The translations under genes and the position numbers were made by a program. The notes beneath the pieces were generated by a model that worked only from the letters and a program-made list of their open reading frames with translations, did not search any database and was not told the DNA's origin. Positions 1 to 9,458 of a stretch of 64,000 nt of DNA are shown here, in pieces (position 1 is the first letter of the stretch; every line of letters starts with the position of its first letter). Location of the stretch: positions 3,328,001 through 3,392,000 of the forward strand of contig OZ244999.1 of the NCBI GenBank assembly GCA_965223265.1, read 5' to 3'. The stretch is from Planctomycetota bacterium. GTDB taxonomy: Bacteria > Planctomycetota > UBA8108 > SXIK01.

Positions 1-53
1 ATTGTTTGGCGGGCTCTCTGCCGGCTGGGCGTTAAAGCGTCGGTCTCAGCCGA

Positions 54-468
54 TCAAAACGCGCACACCTCAGAGCAGTTGGGAACTGGGAAACACGCGG
101 TTCCGCGAGGCGGGGGATTGCCGCTCACGAAGAGGAAGTTGAGCAGGAAGACACCATCGGAAATGTCGAGACTCGTGTCACCGTTCGCGTCCATGACCTT
201 CATGCCTGCCTCCGCTTCGTCCTCACCGCACGGAAAGGTCGAGATGCCGGCGACGAAAAGGTGGTTGAGCACGCAGACCGGAACGGCGATGTCGATGAAT
301 CCGTCCGAGTTGCAGTCACCCTGCTTGCGGAGGCCGGCGCTGCAGTCAATCGCCCCTTCGACACCATTCGATGTCGTTATCGTTTTCAGCACCGAAGACG
401 GCTGGAATCAGAAGCCAAGCAACGGCCAGAACGCCGAAGCAGCTGGGGCGTGGCGGGGGAAACGTCAT
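54..468 (-). pseudogene. Small secreted dockerin-like protein split by an apparent 1-bp frameshift (pseudogene or sequencing error)
   Basis: Frame 54..392 encodes two Ca-loop repeats (QGDCNSDGFIDIAVPVCVLNHLF; MDANGDTSLDISDGVFLLNFLF). An overlapping frame from ATG 468 encodes a signal peptide (MTFPPPRPSCFGVLAVAWLLIPAVFGAEND) and stops at 346. Removing one base near 366 joins them into ~137 aa. Confidence 0.6.
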
Positions 469-618
469 ATCCCATGCATCGTAACGGCGTCGCGGCGTTG
501 GTGCTCGGGTGTTTATTGCCTCCCGCGTCTCGCACTGAGGCTCGGACGAGGGCGACGGGGGCATCAGGGGAAAGGGTCGGAGGACAAGGCCACAGGCAGA
601 GACAGAAAACACGCACCT

Positions 619-820
619 GACACGCCCACGCCCTACGCGTTACGCCTTACGCTTTACGCCCACGCACACCTACACGCACGCCTACACGCCCACGCCCACG
701 CCCACCCACACGCCCACGCACACGCACACGCACACGCCCACGCACACGCACACGCCCACGCCCACCCACACACCCACACGCCCACGCACACCCACACACC
801 CACACGCCCACCCACACGCC
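619..820. repeat. Degenerate hexamer simple-sequence repeat (CACGCC/CACGCA/CACACC)n
   Basis: Directly visible C/A-rich tract with 6-bp periodicity, almost free of T after position 685. Confidence 0.95.
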
Positions 821-879
821 AACTCAATCGCAATCGCTCATGACCTCGAAGCAAATCTGTTTTGCGGAAAGATGGGACA

Positions 880-930
880 GAGTCGGAGCCAGAGTCGGAG
901 ACGGAGTCGGAAGCAGATTCAAAGTCGGAG
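880..930. repeat. Degenerate 12-bp tandem repeat GAGTCGGAGNNN (~4 units)
   Basis: gagtcggagcca gagtcggagacg gagtcggaagca, then gattcaaagtcggag. Confidence 0.75.
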
Positions 931-996
931 GCAGCCAGCGCAAAATGTAGCGCCCACACACGTGCTCATGCACATGGGACCGCTCGCAGAGACCCG

Positions 997-2682
997 TTAC
1001 CACCCAAGCCGGTACTTACTCACGCAGCCATCGCTCGCCTGCGTTGCGGTGGCTGCGAACTCTTCGAGATAGATGCGTCGTCGGTCGAACTCTGGCGGGC
1101 GCCAGTTGCGCCGGCGCTCGGCGAGGTCGTTCTCTGAAACGTGCAGCGAGATTTCACCGCGCAGGAGATCGAACGAAATCTCGTCGCCGTCTTCGACGAG
1201 GGCGATGGGGCCGCCGACCGCCGCCTCAGGCGCACAGTGGACGCCGATGGCACCGTGGGAAACACCGGAAACTCGCGTGTCTGAGATGAATGCCACCTTG
1301 CCGTCGAGCTCGGGCACAGCGAGCGCTGCCGTTGCCACGAGGACTTCTGGCATGCCACTGGCGGTTGGGCCGAGGTAGCGAAGGACGCAGACGTTTCCGG
1401 GGCGTATCTGTCCATTCTTGACCGCTTCGAAGACGGCGCGCGGATTGTCGAAACAGATGGCGCGACCGCGGAACGAGGCTGACTCCATACTCGACACCTT
1501 GAAGACAATTCCGTCCGGTGCCAGGTTGCCGAAACAGATCTGCATGTCCGCGTGTTCCTTGAACGGGGCGTTCAGGGGTGCGATCAACTCTTGGTCAACC
1601 GGCACCGCAGGTGCTTCAGCAAGGTTCTCTGCCAAGTTTTCACCGGTGACCGTGATGCACTCACCGTCAATGATTCCGCCCTCCATCAAGTGCTTGAGCA
1701 GCATTGGAGTGCCGCCGAGGTGGTGGAGGTCGACCATCGTGTGTTTGCCGCGCGGCGCGAAGTTGCACAGAACGGGAGTGCGCCTCAGGATCGGCTGGAT
1801 GTCACTGAGGCCAAATTCAACACCTGCCTCGCGCGCGAGCGCGAGCATGTGGAGGATACCGTTGGTCGAACCTCCGATCGCCGCGATCGTCGCGACGGCG
1901 TTTTGAAAGGCTTTTCGCGTCAGAACGTCCCGTGGGCGGAGGCCCGATTCCAGCAGACGCTTGACGGCGGCGCCGAGTCCATCGCACTCGGCATCTTTTT
2001 CCTTGCTCAGTGCTGGGTTCGATGAGCTGAACGGTAGCATCAGCCCGATACTCTCGAGTGCCATCCCCCAAGTATTGAACGACGCCGCGACCCCGCAGCC
2101 ACCCGGACCCGGACATGCCGCGCGGATGATCTCGTCGCATTCCTCTTCGGAGATAGCGCCAACGGCGGCCTGCGCCTGCGCGTCGTAGCTATCGAGAATC
2201 GTGATGTCGCGGCCGTTGTGACAACCGGGGAGGATCGAGCCGCCACTGACGACCATACCCGGGTAGTTGAGACGGGCTAACGCCATCGAAAAACCGGGGC
2301 CGTTCTTGTCGCAGTTGTGGAGCCCCACAAGGCAGTCGTAGCGGTGCGCGCTGACAACGCACTCGGCGGCGCTGGCGATCATGTTGCGCGATGGCAACGA
2401 GGCGAAACCGCCCTCTTGTCCCTGCGTGATGTTGTCGCTAATGGCGGGCACTCCGAACGGAAAACCGAGCAAGCCGGCAGACCGACACCCAGTCGCGATC
2501 TTCGTGGCGAGCTCATAGGCGTGGACGTTGCACAGATTGCCGTCGAGGAGTGGCACACCGATGCCGACCTGAGGTCGGTCTAGGTCGGCTGCTTCGAATC
2601 CGAGGCCCCAGTAGAAAGACCTAACGCCTTTTTGCCAGCCGTGAGTCAACTGACGGCTGTTCCAGTTCAAGTGAGTCGACAT
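997..2682 (-). CDS. ilvD: Dihydroxy-acid dehydratase (IlvD/Edd family)
   Basis: 561 aa with CN..H, HNCDKN, PGPGGCG, AIGGSTNG.LH, FGNLAPDG, GMPE, SDTRVSG, GHCAPEA-like HCAPEAAVGGPIALVEDGD motifs. Substrate not determinable from sequence. Confidence 0.85.
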   Translation of the reverse strand: MSTHLNWNSRQLTHGWQKGVRSFYWGLGFEAADLDRPQVGIGVPLLDGNLCNVHAYELATKIATGCRSAGLLGFPFGVPAISDNITQGQEGGFASLPSRNMIASAAECVVSAHRYDCLVGLHNCDKNGPGFSMALARLNYPGMVVSGGSILPGCHNGRDITILDSYDAQAQAAVGAISEEECDEIIRAACPGPGGCGVAASFNTWGMALESIGLMLPFSSSNPALSKEKDAECDGLGAAVKRLLESGLRPRDVLTRKAFQNAVATIAAIGGSTNGILHMLALAREAGVEFGLSDIQPILRRTPVLCNFAPRGKHTMVDLHHLGGTPMLLKHLMEGGIIDGECITVTGENLAENLAEAPAVPVDQELIAPLNAPFKEHADMQICFGNLAPDGIVFKVSSMESASFRGRAICFDNPRAVFEAVKNGQIRPGNVCVLRYLGPTASGMPEVLVATAALAVPELDGKVAFISDTRVSGVSHGAIGVHCAPEAAVGGPIALVEDGDEISFDLLRGEISLHVSENDLAERRRNWRPPEFDRRRIYLEEFAATATQASDGCVSKYRLGW

Positions 2683-2744
2683 GTTTTGTTCCTTTGGTCG
2701 GACGAGACTGCGAGCGCACGCGTCGCAGGGGCAGAGCCACCTTG

Positions 2745-2925
2745 ACAGCCCGTTGAAAAAGTCATTCGGCCGAGGAAACTGGGCTCTTCACGCCCAGCTC
2801 GACCGCGTCAATACTCGCCATCAGAATCGAAAGAATAGGGCCCGAAGATTGCCTGCGTCTGCCGCGGGCCGATCTGGACGCGAAGAGACCGGTTCTCGGC
2901 TCGAAGCACTTTTTCAACGGGCTGT
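2745..2925 (+). mobile_element. MITE-like foldback element, copy 1
   Basis: Perfect 18-bp terminal inverted repeats ACAGCCCGTTGAAAAAGT (2745-2762) / ACTTTTTCAACGGGCTGT (2908-2925). Imperfect symmetry extends ~60 bp. Homologous copies at 4797 and 40160. Confidence 0.85.
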
Positions 2926-3022
2926 GGAGCGAGCCCTTTTTTTGTCGAGGCTGCGGCCGTTTTGATTTAGAGTCTGTCCCAACCTGATCAGAGCGTGGCG
3001 GTGAGACCGTTTCGCCCGCCGT

Positions 3023-3988
3023 TTGATGGTAACAGGGTGGCCTGCGGTCGAACCTTCCAAGCGAAGAGGCAATGCGAGGAGCTACGTTCAAGCGTTCATG
3101 CCTGCGTTAGAGGAATGCTTCGAAAAAGGCGAGATCCGTCTTTCCTGCCGTTCCCGTGGGCTCGGTGATACGCTGTTTGCGACCACCGTCGCCCACGAGC
3201 TCAAGGCGCTGCGATCCGAGCTCCGTGTGCTCGTCGAGAGCCATTGGCCGCAACTCTTTTACAACAATCGCGATGTCGACGCCACGTTTCCGATGCGGAA
3301 TGAACCGCATCCGGAGGGAATTGAGGTGGACTATCGCGATCCGTGGCCGCCATCGGAGAGGAAGCATGTTCTTGAAATCGTGAGCGAGCCCTTCGGAATC
3401 TCGCAGCCTCGTATTTCGACCTACTACACGCCAACGCCGGAGGAACGCGGGAAAGCGCGCCTGATTCGTCCGCCAAGTTCGCGGCCGCTGTTGGTCGTGC
3501 ACCCCTTCAGTGGCTTTTTCGCAGCTCGCTCGAAGCAGTGGGACTTTCGCCATTGGAAGAACTTCCTCGAGTCGATCCCACCGGAGATCGAAACGCTTCG
3601 TTTCAGCGAAGTCGAGGATCCCGCAACACCGACGGAGAGACCCAATCACCGTGAGATGGTGGGTATGGACCTGCGACTGATCGCAGCGATCTTACAGAGC
3701 GCCGACGCCTTCGTCGGACAAGAGTCGGGTCTGGCGCACCTGGCGACGGCGCTCGGCGTGCCGAGTGTGATTCTGTTTACGGGGTACGTTCCGCCCGATG
3801 TTTTCGGGTACGAGCAAAACGTCAATCTTGTTCCCGATCTACCGTATGCGCCGTGCTGGGACAAGGACGGCTGCGCACCGTGCCGCGCCGAGATTTGCAC
3901 GCGCGCGATCCAAGCTGAGACTGTGTGTGAGAAGACCCTGCAGGTTCTCGAGCAAAGTCTCTCGCGGTCGCGTTCACGGCTCTGGTGA
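3023..3988 (+). CDS. Glycosyltransferase family 9 (heptosyltransferase-like); true start may be ATG 3098
   Basis: GLGDTLFAT near the N-terminus, VVHPFSG..SKQW, ADAFVGQESGLAHLATALGVPSVILF, C-terminal PC..C..C..C cluster. Confidence 0.85.
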   Translation: MMVTGWPAVEPSKRRGNARSYVQAFMPALEECFEKGEIRLSCRSRGLGDTLFATTVAHELKALRSELRVLVESHWPQLFYNNRDVDATFPMRNEPHPEGIEVDYRDPWPPSERKHVLEIVSEPFGISQPRISTYYTPTPEERGKARLIRPPSSRPLLVVHPFSGFFAARSKQWDFRHWKNFLESIPPEIETLRFSEVEDPATPTERPNHREMVGMDLRLIAAILQSADAFVGQESGLAHLATALGVPSVILFTGYVPPDVFGYEQNVNLVPDLPYAPCWDKDGCAPCRAEICTRAIQAETVCEKTLQVLEQSLSRSRSRLW

Positions 3989-4690
3989 AATCCACGGGCC
4001 CACCGGTGTGCGACCCTGTGACGACCGCGACGGGCGTCGCGGCGAGTTGCTGAGCAGCCGAAAGTAACACACAAACGTCGTTTTCGGATTGGGTACGCGC
4101 CGCAGCGTCATGTTTGACGTCGCCTGGCGTCGCCAGGAAGCTTCGAGCGCTTGACGGTTGACGACAGACTGTACCTCGAACTCGAAATCGGGGAATGACG
4201 GCACACGAAAGATGCGGTCGTCGCAAAGGCTCAGCCGCGCCAGAATCGCCCGCCGGCGCTGCGGGTCCTGGGGAATGTTGATCGTTGATCCAGTGGAGGT
4301 CGTTCGGATTCCATTGCGCAGCGACATACAGTAGCCGTCCTGACGGAGCGCCATCACCCCCTCGTCGGATCGCTGCCCGTTCATGTGCTCGAGCCGCCGA
4401 CGAATCGTCAGGTTGTCGAACTTGCGACGGTCGTACTCGTCGAGATAGAGCTCGAAGAGGGTCTGCCTGCCCGCGTCTTCTTGCAAGAATTGATCGCGCG
4501 CTTTGACCGCATGGGAATCGAGACTTGGGTCGGTCAGCCAGGCCTCGAGGAGATCCGGCTTTCGCCGCAGTTCGCGTAGACGCAGGTGGGTGCGAAAGTG
4601 TGGCAGCGCGGCCAAGACGAACGCGCCCGCGACGGCAAGCGTGCTCAGGAGCGCGACAACCACGACCAACTGTTTTGAATGGATCTTCAC
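3974..4690 (-). CDS. Hypothetical protein with N-terminal membrane anchor
   Basis: 238-aa ORF with hydrophobic LVVVVALLSTLAVAGAFVLAAL followed by a soluble domain; fills the gap convergent with the GT9 gene. Confidence 0.65.
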   Translation of the reverse strand: MKIHSKQLVVVVALLSTLAVAGAFVLAALPHFRTHLRLRELRRKPDLLEAWLTDPSLDSHAVKARDQFLQEDAGRQTLFELYLDEYDRRKFDNLTIRRRLEHMNGQRSDEGVMALRQDGYCMSLRNGIRTTSTGSTINIPQDPQRRRAILARLSLCDDRIFRVPSFPDFEFEVQSVVNRQALEASWRRQATSNMTLRRVPNPKTTFVCYFRLLSNSPRRPSRSSQGRTPVGPWISPEP

Positions 4691-4796
4691 GATGTCTCGG
4701 AGTGGCGTGGGGCGGAAAGGGCGAGGGAGCGTGAGACTCCCATCCTACCATCTCGTGCGCCGCCCGCCTCGATCCACGCCGTCCGACAATCGCCTG

Positions 4797-4978
4797 GCAG
4801 CCTGTTAAAAAAGTGCTTCGAGCTGAAAACTGGTCGCTTCGCGTCCAGATCGGCCGCGGCGAACGCAGGTAATCTCCGAGCCCCTCTTCTATAAGATTTA
4901 CACGGCGAGGCTCGCCGCGGTCGATCTGGGCGTGAAGAGGCCGGTTTCTCAGCCGAATGACTTTTTCAGGCGGGCTGC
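4797..4978 (-). mobile_element. MITE-like foldback element, copy 2 (inverted relative to copy 1)
   Basis: GCAGCCTGTTAAAAAAGTGCTTCGAGC...GCCGAATGACTTTTTCAGGCGGGCTGC aligns end to end with the reverse complement of 2745-2925. Confidence 0.85.
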
Positions 4979-4988
4979 TAACTCGAGG

Positions 4989-6218
4989 CTAACCGACGGT
5001 CGCGGCAAGCCGCTTTTCCAGCGCGTCGAAGTACGCGTCGGTCGTCACGAAGGATTCGGCGGGTGGCCTGGTCGTCTTATGGATCGCCACGGCCAGATCT
5101 TTCGTCATCGTGCCGGATTCAATGGTGTCGACGCAGGCTTTCTCCAGCACGTGCGCAAATTCCGCGACCGCGGGCGTGCTGTCGAGCTTGGCACGATGGG
5201 CTAGTCCGCGCGTCCAAGCAAAGATGCTCGCCACCGGATTGGTGCTCGTGGGGTTGCCTTTTTGATGTTCGCGATAGTGGCGGGTTACCGTTCCGTGAGC
5301 CGCTTCCGCCTCGATCGTCTCGCCGTCCGGGCACATCAGAACGGACGTCATGAGACCGAGGGACCCGAATCCCTGCGCCACCGTATCTGACTGCACGTCG
5401 CCATCGTAGTTCTTGCACGCCCAGACGATTCCGCCGTCCCATTTGAGGACCTGAGCGACCATGTCGTCGATGAGACGATGCTCGTAGGTCAATCCGGCAT
5501 CGCGGAACTTGCCTGCGAACTCGCGCTCGAACACTTCGGCGAAAATGTCGCGGAAGCGTCCATCATAGGTCTTAAGAATTGTGTTCTTGGTGGAAAGGTA
5601 GACTGGGTAGTTCTCCTGCAGTCCATAGTTGAAGCACGAGCGTGCGAAGTTGGCGATCGATTCATCGGTGTTGTACATGCCGAGAGCGATCCCACCGCCA
5701 TCGAACTCGTTGACGATCCATTCCTTGGCCGCGCCGCCGCCCTCAGGCTCAAAAACGAGCTTTAAGCATCCCTTGCCTTCGATGCGGATATCGGTCGCAC
5801 GGTACTGATCGGCGTGGGCGTGACGGCCGACGACAATCGGGCGTGTCCATGCCGGCACCAGACGAGGAACGTTCTTGCACAAAATCGGGGCGCGGAAGAC
5901 GGTACCGCCGAGGTAGTTTCTGATCGTCCCGTTGGGACTGCGCCACATCTTCTTGAGCCCAAACTCTTCGACGCGCGCCTCGTCGGGCGTAATCGTGGCG
6001 CATTTGACGCCAACTTTGTGCTCTTGAATCGCTTTCGCCGCATCCAGTGTGATCTGGTCGTCCGTGGCATCCCGGCTCTGAATCGAGAGGTCGTAGTAGA
6101 GGAGATCAACGTCGAGAAAAGGCAGAATCAAGCGATCCTTGATGCGCGCCCAGATGATGCGGGTCATCTCGTCGCCGTCAAGTTCGACGATCGGGCCATT
6201 GACTTTGATCTTGCTCAC
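4989..6218 (-). CDS. icd: NADP-dependent isocitrate dehydrogenase (eukaryote-like homodimeric type)
   Basis: [65 protein letters not shown]. Confidence 0.98.
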   Translation of the reverse strand: MSKIKVNGPIVELDGDEMTRIIWARIKDRLILPFLDVDLLYYDLSIQSRDATDDQITLDAAKAIQEHKVGVKCATITPDEARVEEFGLKKMWRSPNGTIRNYLGGTVFRAPILCKNVPRLVPAWTRPIVVGRHAHADQYRATDIRIEGKGCLKLVFEPEGGGAAKEWIVNEFDGGGIALGMYNTDESIANFARSCFNYGLQENYPVYLSTKNTILKTYDGRFRDIFAEVFEREFAGKFRDAGLTYEHRLIDDMVAQVLKWDGGIVWACKNYDGDVQSDTVAQGFGSLGLMTSVLMCPDGETIEAEAAHGTVTRHYREHQKGNPTSTNPVASIFAWTRGLAHRAKLDSTPAVAEFAHVLEKACVDTIESGTMTKDLAVAIHKTTRPPAESFVTTDAYFDALEKRLAATVG

Positions 6219-6787
6219 GTCGTAGCTCTCCTGAGTCTCGAATCAGAGGGTTCTGGGCGAGAAGGGCAAAAGGGAAGAGTGTATCGTCTCGCGTCCCGAC
6301 GTCGCAAGGAATTCCTCCGGGAGCACGCTTGCCGGCGCGTCGATCCCGGAGCGATCGATGCGTTCGGTCGTGGAGCGAAAGTGCAAGCGAGGACGCAATC
6401 GGGCCTAAGACCAAGGTATCGACGGCGTGCCGTCCTTCTCCGCCCGCGAGATTGAGTGCCGGGCTTCTCCGCGGACGCTTTCAGCGTCGTCGCTCTCGTC
6501 GTGGTGAGTATCTACGACGCTGCGGTGTTCTGCGGCGTGGATTTTTCCGCGAACTGCGCCACAGCTGATAGAGCGAAACCGCCGCGCAGCAACTTCGGAG
6601 CAACTTCGGAGTGCGGAGGTCAAAGACATCGACGCGAAAGGCAACGACTACCGCGACCGCAGAGAACTCGATCGTCAAACGGTTGTTGGACGGACAAATG
6701 CCCCGATCTATACTCATGAGTGGAGGCTGTCTCTCGAGCGGTCGTGGAGTGGGGTTGTGGGTTTTTGCGGTGTGAGGGGAAGGAGCC

Positions 6788-9250
6788 GTGATGCGAGCGT
6801 TCTCATCCACCTGTCCCGCCAGAGCTAGTTGTCGATTCTGCTGCGCTGCGATTTCTCTTGCTTGTCTTGGCGTTGCAGTGACAAGCGAACTTGAAGGTGT
6901 CGACGCACCTTTCCGCCGTGGGGATGCTAACGTCGACGGTGTGGTTGACCTGGCCGATGGAGTGCGCATCCTTGGCGCACTTTTTCTCGGTAGCGGCGAC
7001 GTGTCGTGTGAGGACGCGCTCGACGCGGACGACTCGGGCGTGCTCGATCTATCGGACGCAATTTACCTTCTCCGGCATCTCTTCGCTGGCACGCCTGCGC
7101 CACCCACGCCTGGCATCGAGAATTGCGGTCTGGATTTCTTGGGGCGCGACTCTCTGTCGTGCGACGAGTATCTCCCTTCAGATGCAGCTCTCGCGTGTCA
7201 CCCACGGGCCTCGGACGAAGTTCTGCCGCTCCCTCTCTTTCTCGCTAACGATCCGGGACGACGCATCGTCGTACGGGATTTCGATGGTGACGGCAGGCCG
7301 GATATCGTCTCGGAACACAATCGACAGCTTGAGATTCGTTTTGGCGCCGCGAGGCGTGGGTTGAGTGCACCACAACTCGTTGACGTTCAAAATGCTCCGC
7401 CTTTGGACAAGTTTGTTTGCGCGGACCTTGATGGCAGCGATGGCATCGATGTTGTTCGTTTCAACGCATGGCGCTACCGAGTCCTCTCGAACGATGGCAA
7501 GGGGCGCTTTCAGCTCTCCACTGGTTTTCCTCTGTTCGGCAGCCTTTTTGGCCATTCGCCTGAGGATCGTGTCGAAGAGGCGACGATGATCGACGTCAAC
7601 GGTGACGCTGTCTTGGATCTGGTCTTTTTCACCGGTTCGGCCCAACTGATCGACAGTCTCATCGTGGTCCCTGGGATGCCCGGCGGCAAGTTTGCGGGGC
7701 CGGTGCGCTCTTTTCTTCCCACGCCTGAGACGGCCACGCTGAGGCGAAAAGCGTTCGTTAGCGCTGATTTTGACAATGACGCCTTGACGGATGTGATTCT
7801 CCTTGGAGGATTCTCAGATCCCAGCTTCCTCCTGTTGCGCAATGACGGCGACATGACGTTTTCGCCGACAAGGGTGCCTGCGCTTCAGCCGCACTCGGCG
7901 CTCGTGACGGGAGATTTCGATGGCGACGGCCGACACGATCTGATTGCGTCCGCCGAGACTGGGAGCCTGAGTCTTCTGCGCGGCGACGGCGCTGGGAACT
8001 TCGCGGCAGAGATCTTCTATGATGATCCGGCGAACCCCTTCCACGATCTCTTCCTGATCGATGACACGGCACAGAGGCGGGGTCAATTGATCGCCATTGG
8101 CTCGAAGATGGTTATCTTTGAGCGGGGTCCTCGTGGTTTTGAGCCCGCTGCTTCACTCCCCCGGTTGCACTCCGTTCAGGGGGTGGCGGATCTCGATGGT
8201 GATGGTGAGGTGGAATTCATCAGCACCGGAGCGTCTGGATTTGTCGCCCTGTTTAGTCGTGCTCGCGAGGCTTGGCGCGGCGCTCCATTGCGCTCGGCCC
8301 GTGCCCTACAAATCGGAGACTTTGATCGCGATGGGACCCCGGATCTTATCGCGACCAGGTCACGGTCGGTCGAGCTACTTCTCAATGACGGAGATGGAAC
8401 GTTCCTCCCGGTAGTCTCCCAGGCCCTGCTACGCAGCCCTCGTTTCTCAGTGAGCGCAGACTTCGACGGCGACGGATGGTTAGATGTGGCCGTGGTGCAC
8501 CGATTTGGCGTGACGGTACTTCTCAATGAAGGCGCCGATCTTTTCACTGAGCTGCCAGAGATTCTGACGGATGCGAGCCCCAGATCGATCCGAGCCGACG
8601 ACTTCGATAGTGACGGTTTCGCCGATTTGGTACTTTTGATCGGCGACAGAATTGCGGTGCTTTGGGGGCGCGGCGATGGTTCGCTCGACGGTCCGTTTTC
8701 GGAGGATCCTCGCGGTGTCGCGGCGATTGCCCTCGGCGACGTCGACGGAGACGGCAATTCTGAACTCGTGGCTTCCTATGCCGCGGGAGTTCTACGAACG
8801 TTTCGTGGCGTTGAGTCTCGTCTCATGTTTGACGAAGAAGTCTTCGTTGGTCGATCCTCGACGGCGATTGAGATCGCGGATATGAACGGAGATGGATGGC
8901 AAGATCTTCTTCTCTTGATGGGGGAGCGCATCGAGGTGCGGTTAGGCGCCCGCAGCGGAATCTTTGCTCAGAGCCCACCGCTGCGGGCGGACATTGAAGG
9001 CTTCCTATCCGGCATGCCACTGCCGCACGAGCTGCAGGTCGTAGACGTCGACCAGGATGGTATTTTGGACGTGGTCTCAAGATTCGCCGTAGACGGATTG
9101 ATCCTTCTCCGCGGACGTGGCGACGGTGCCTTTCACCAACCGGATTTTTTCGGTTGCTGCTCGGGGTCCGTAGCGTTCGCAGATCTCACCGGGAATGGTC
9201 GAACCGATGTCGTCTCTGACGGGGTCGTGTATCTCAATCAAGGCCAGTAA
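6788..9250 (+). CDS. Secreted FG-GAP/VCBS-repeat protein with N-terminal dockerin-like module
   Basis: Signal-like N-terminus, FRRGDANVDGVVDLADG..CEDALDADDSGVLDLSDA, then about a dozen D[FLV]DGDG..D repeats. Confidence 0.9.
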   Translation: MMRAFSSTCPARASCRFCCAAISLACLGVAVTSELEGVDAPFRRGDANVDGVVDLADGVRILGALFLGSGDVSCEDALDADDSGVLDLSDAIYLLRHLFAGTPAPPTPGIENCGLDFLGRDSLSCDEYLPSDAALACHPRASDEVLPLPLFLANDPGRRIVVRDFDGDGRPDIVSEHNRQLEIRFGAARRGLSAPQLVDVQNAPPLDKFVCADLDGSDGIDVVRFNAWRYRVLSNDGKGRFQLSTGFPLFGSLFGHSPEDRVEEATMIDVNGDAVLDLVFFTGSAQLIDSLIVVPGMPGGKFAGPVRSFLPTPETATLRRKAFVSADFDNDALTDVILLGGFSDPSFLLLRNDGDMTFSPTRVPALQPHSALVTGDFDGDGRHDLIASAETGSLSLLRGDGAGNFAAEIFYDDPANPFHDLFLIDDTAQRRGQLIAIGSKMVIFERGPRGFEPAASLPRLHSVQGVADLDGDGEVEFISTGASGFVALFSRAREAWRGAPLRSARALQIGDFDRDGTPDLIATRSRSVELLLNDGDGTFLPVVSQALLRSPRFSVSADFDGDGWLDVAVVHRFGVTVLLNEGADLFTELPEILTDASPRSIRADDFDSDGFADLVLLIGDRIAVLWGRGDGSLDGPFSEDPRGVAAIALGDVDGDGNSELVASYAAGVLRTFRGVESRLMFDEEVFVGRSSTAIEIADMNGDGWQDLLLLMGERIEVRLGARSGIFAQSPPLRADIEGFLSGMPLPHELQVVDVDQDGILDVVSRFAVDGLILLRGRGDGAFHQPDFFGCCSGSVAFADLTGNGRTDVVSDGVVYLNQGQ

Positions 9251-9458
9251 CTGCGCCCAATTTCGTTTTGAGGTCCTGAGCGACTGCGAGGTGTCCATGA
9301 TTGAGTGCGACCTCTCGCGAGTTCAACCTTCGCTATCTGCAGTATGGCGTCTGGGATGAGCAACGGACGCGCCGAGGTTCTCGGCACGCCCGTCACGCTG
9401 GGGTTCGTTTCTTTCGCGCTCCGAGTGCAAGCTGCTGCGCACGCGGAGATTTCGATCC

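Noticed and set aside
619-820. Possible CRISPR array or telomere-like repeat
   Set aside because: No repeat-spacer structure, no cas genes, and the position is internal.
79-843. 254-aa ORF with an HAHAHA/THTPTH tract suggesting a His-rich metal-binding protein
   Set aside because: Its first part is antisense to the dockerin-like gene, and the His-Ala run is just the translation of a T-poor repeat that lacks stops. The minus-strand 654..959 ORF is rejected for the same reason.
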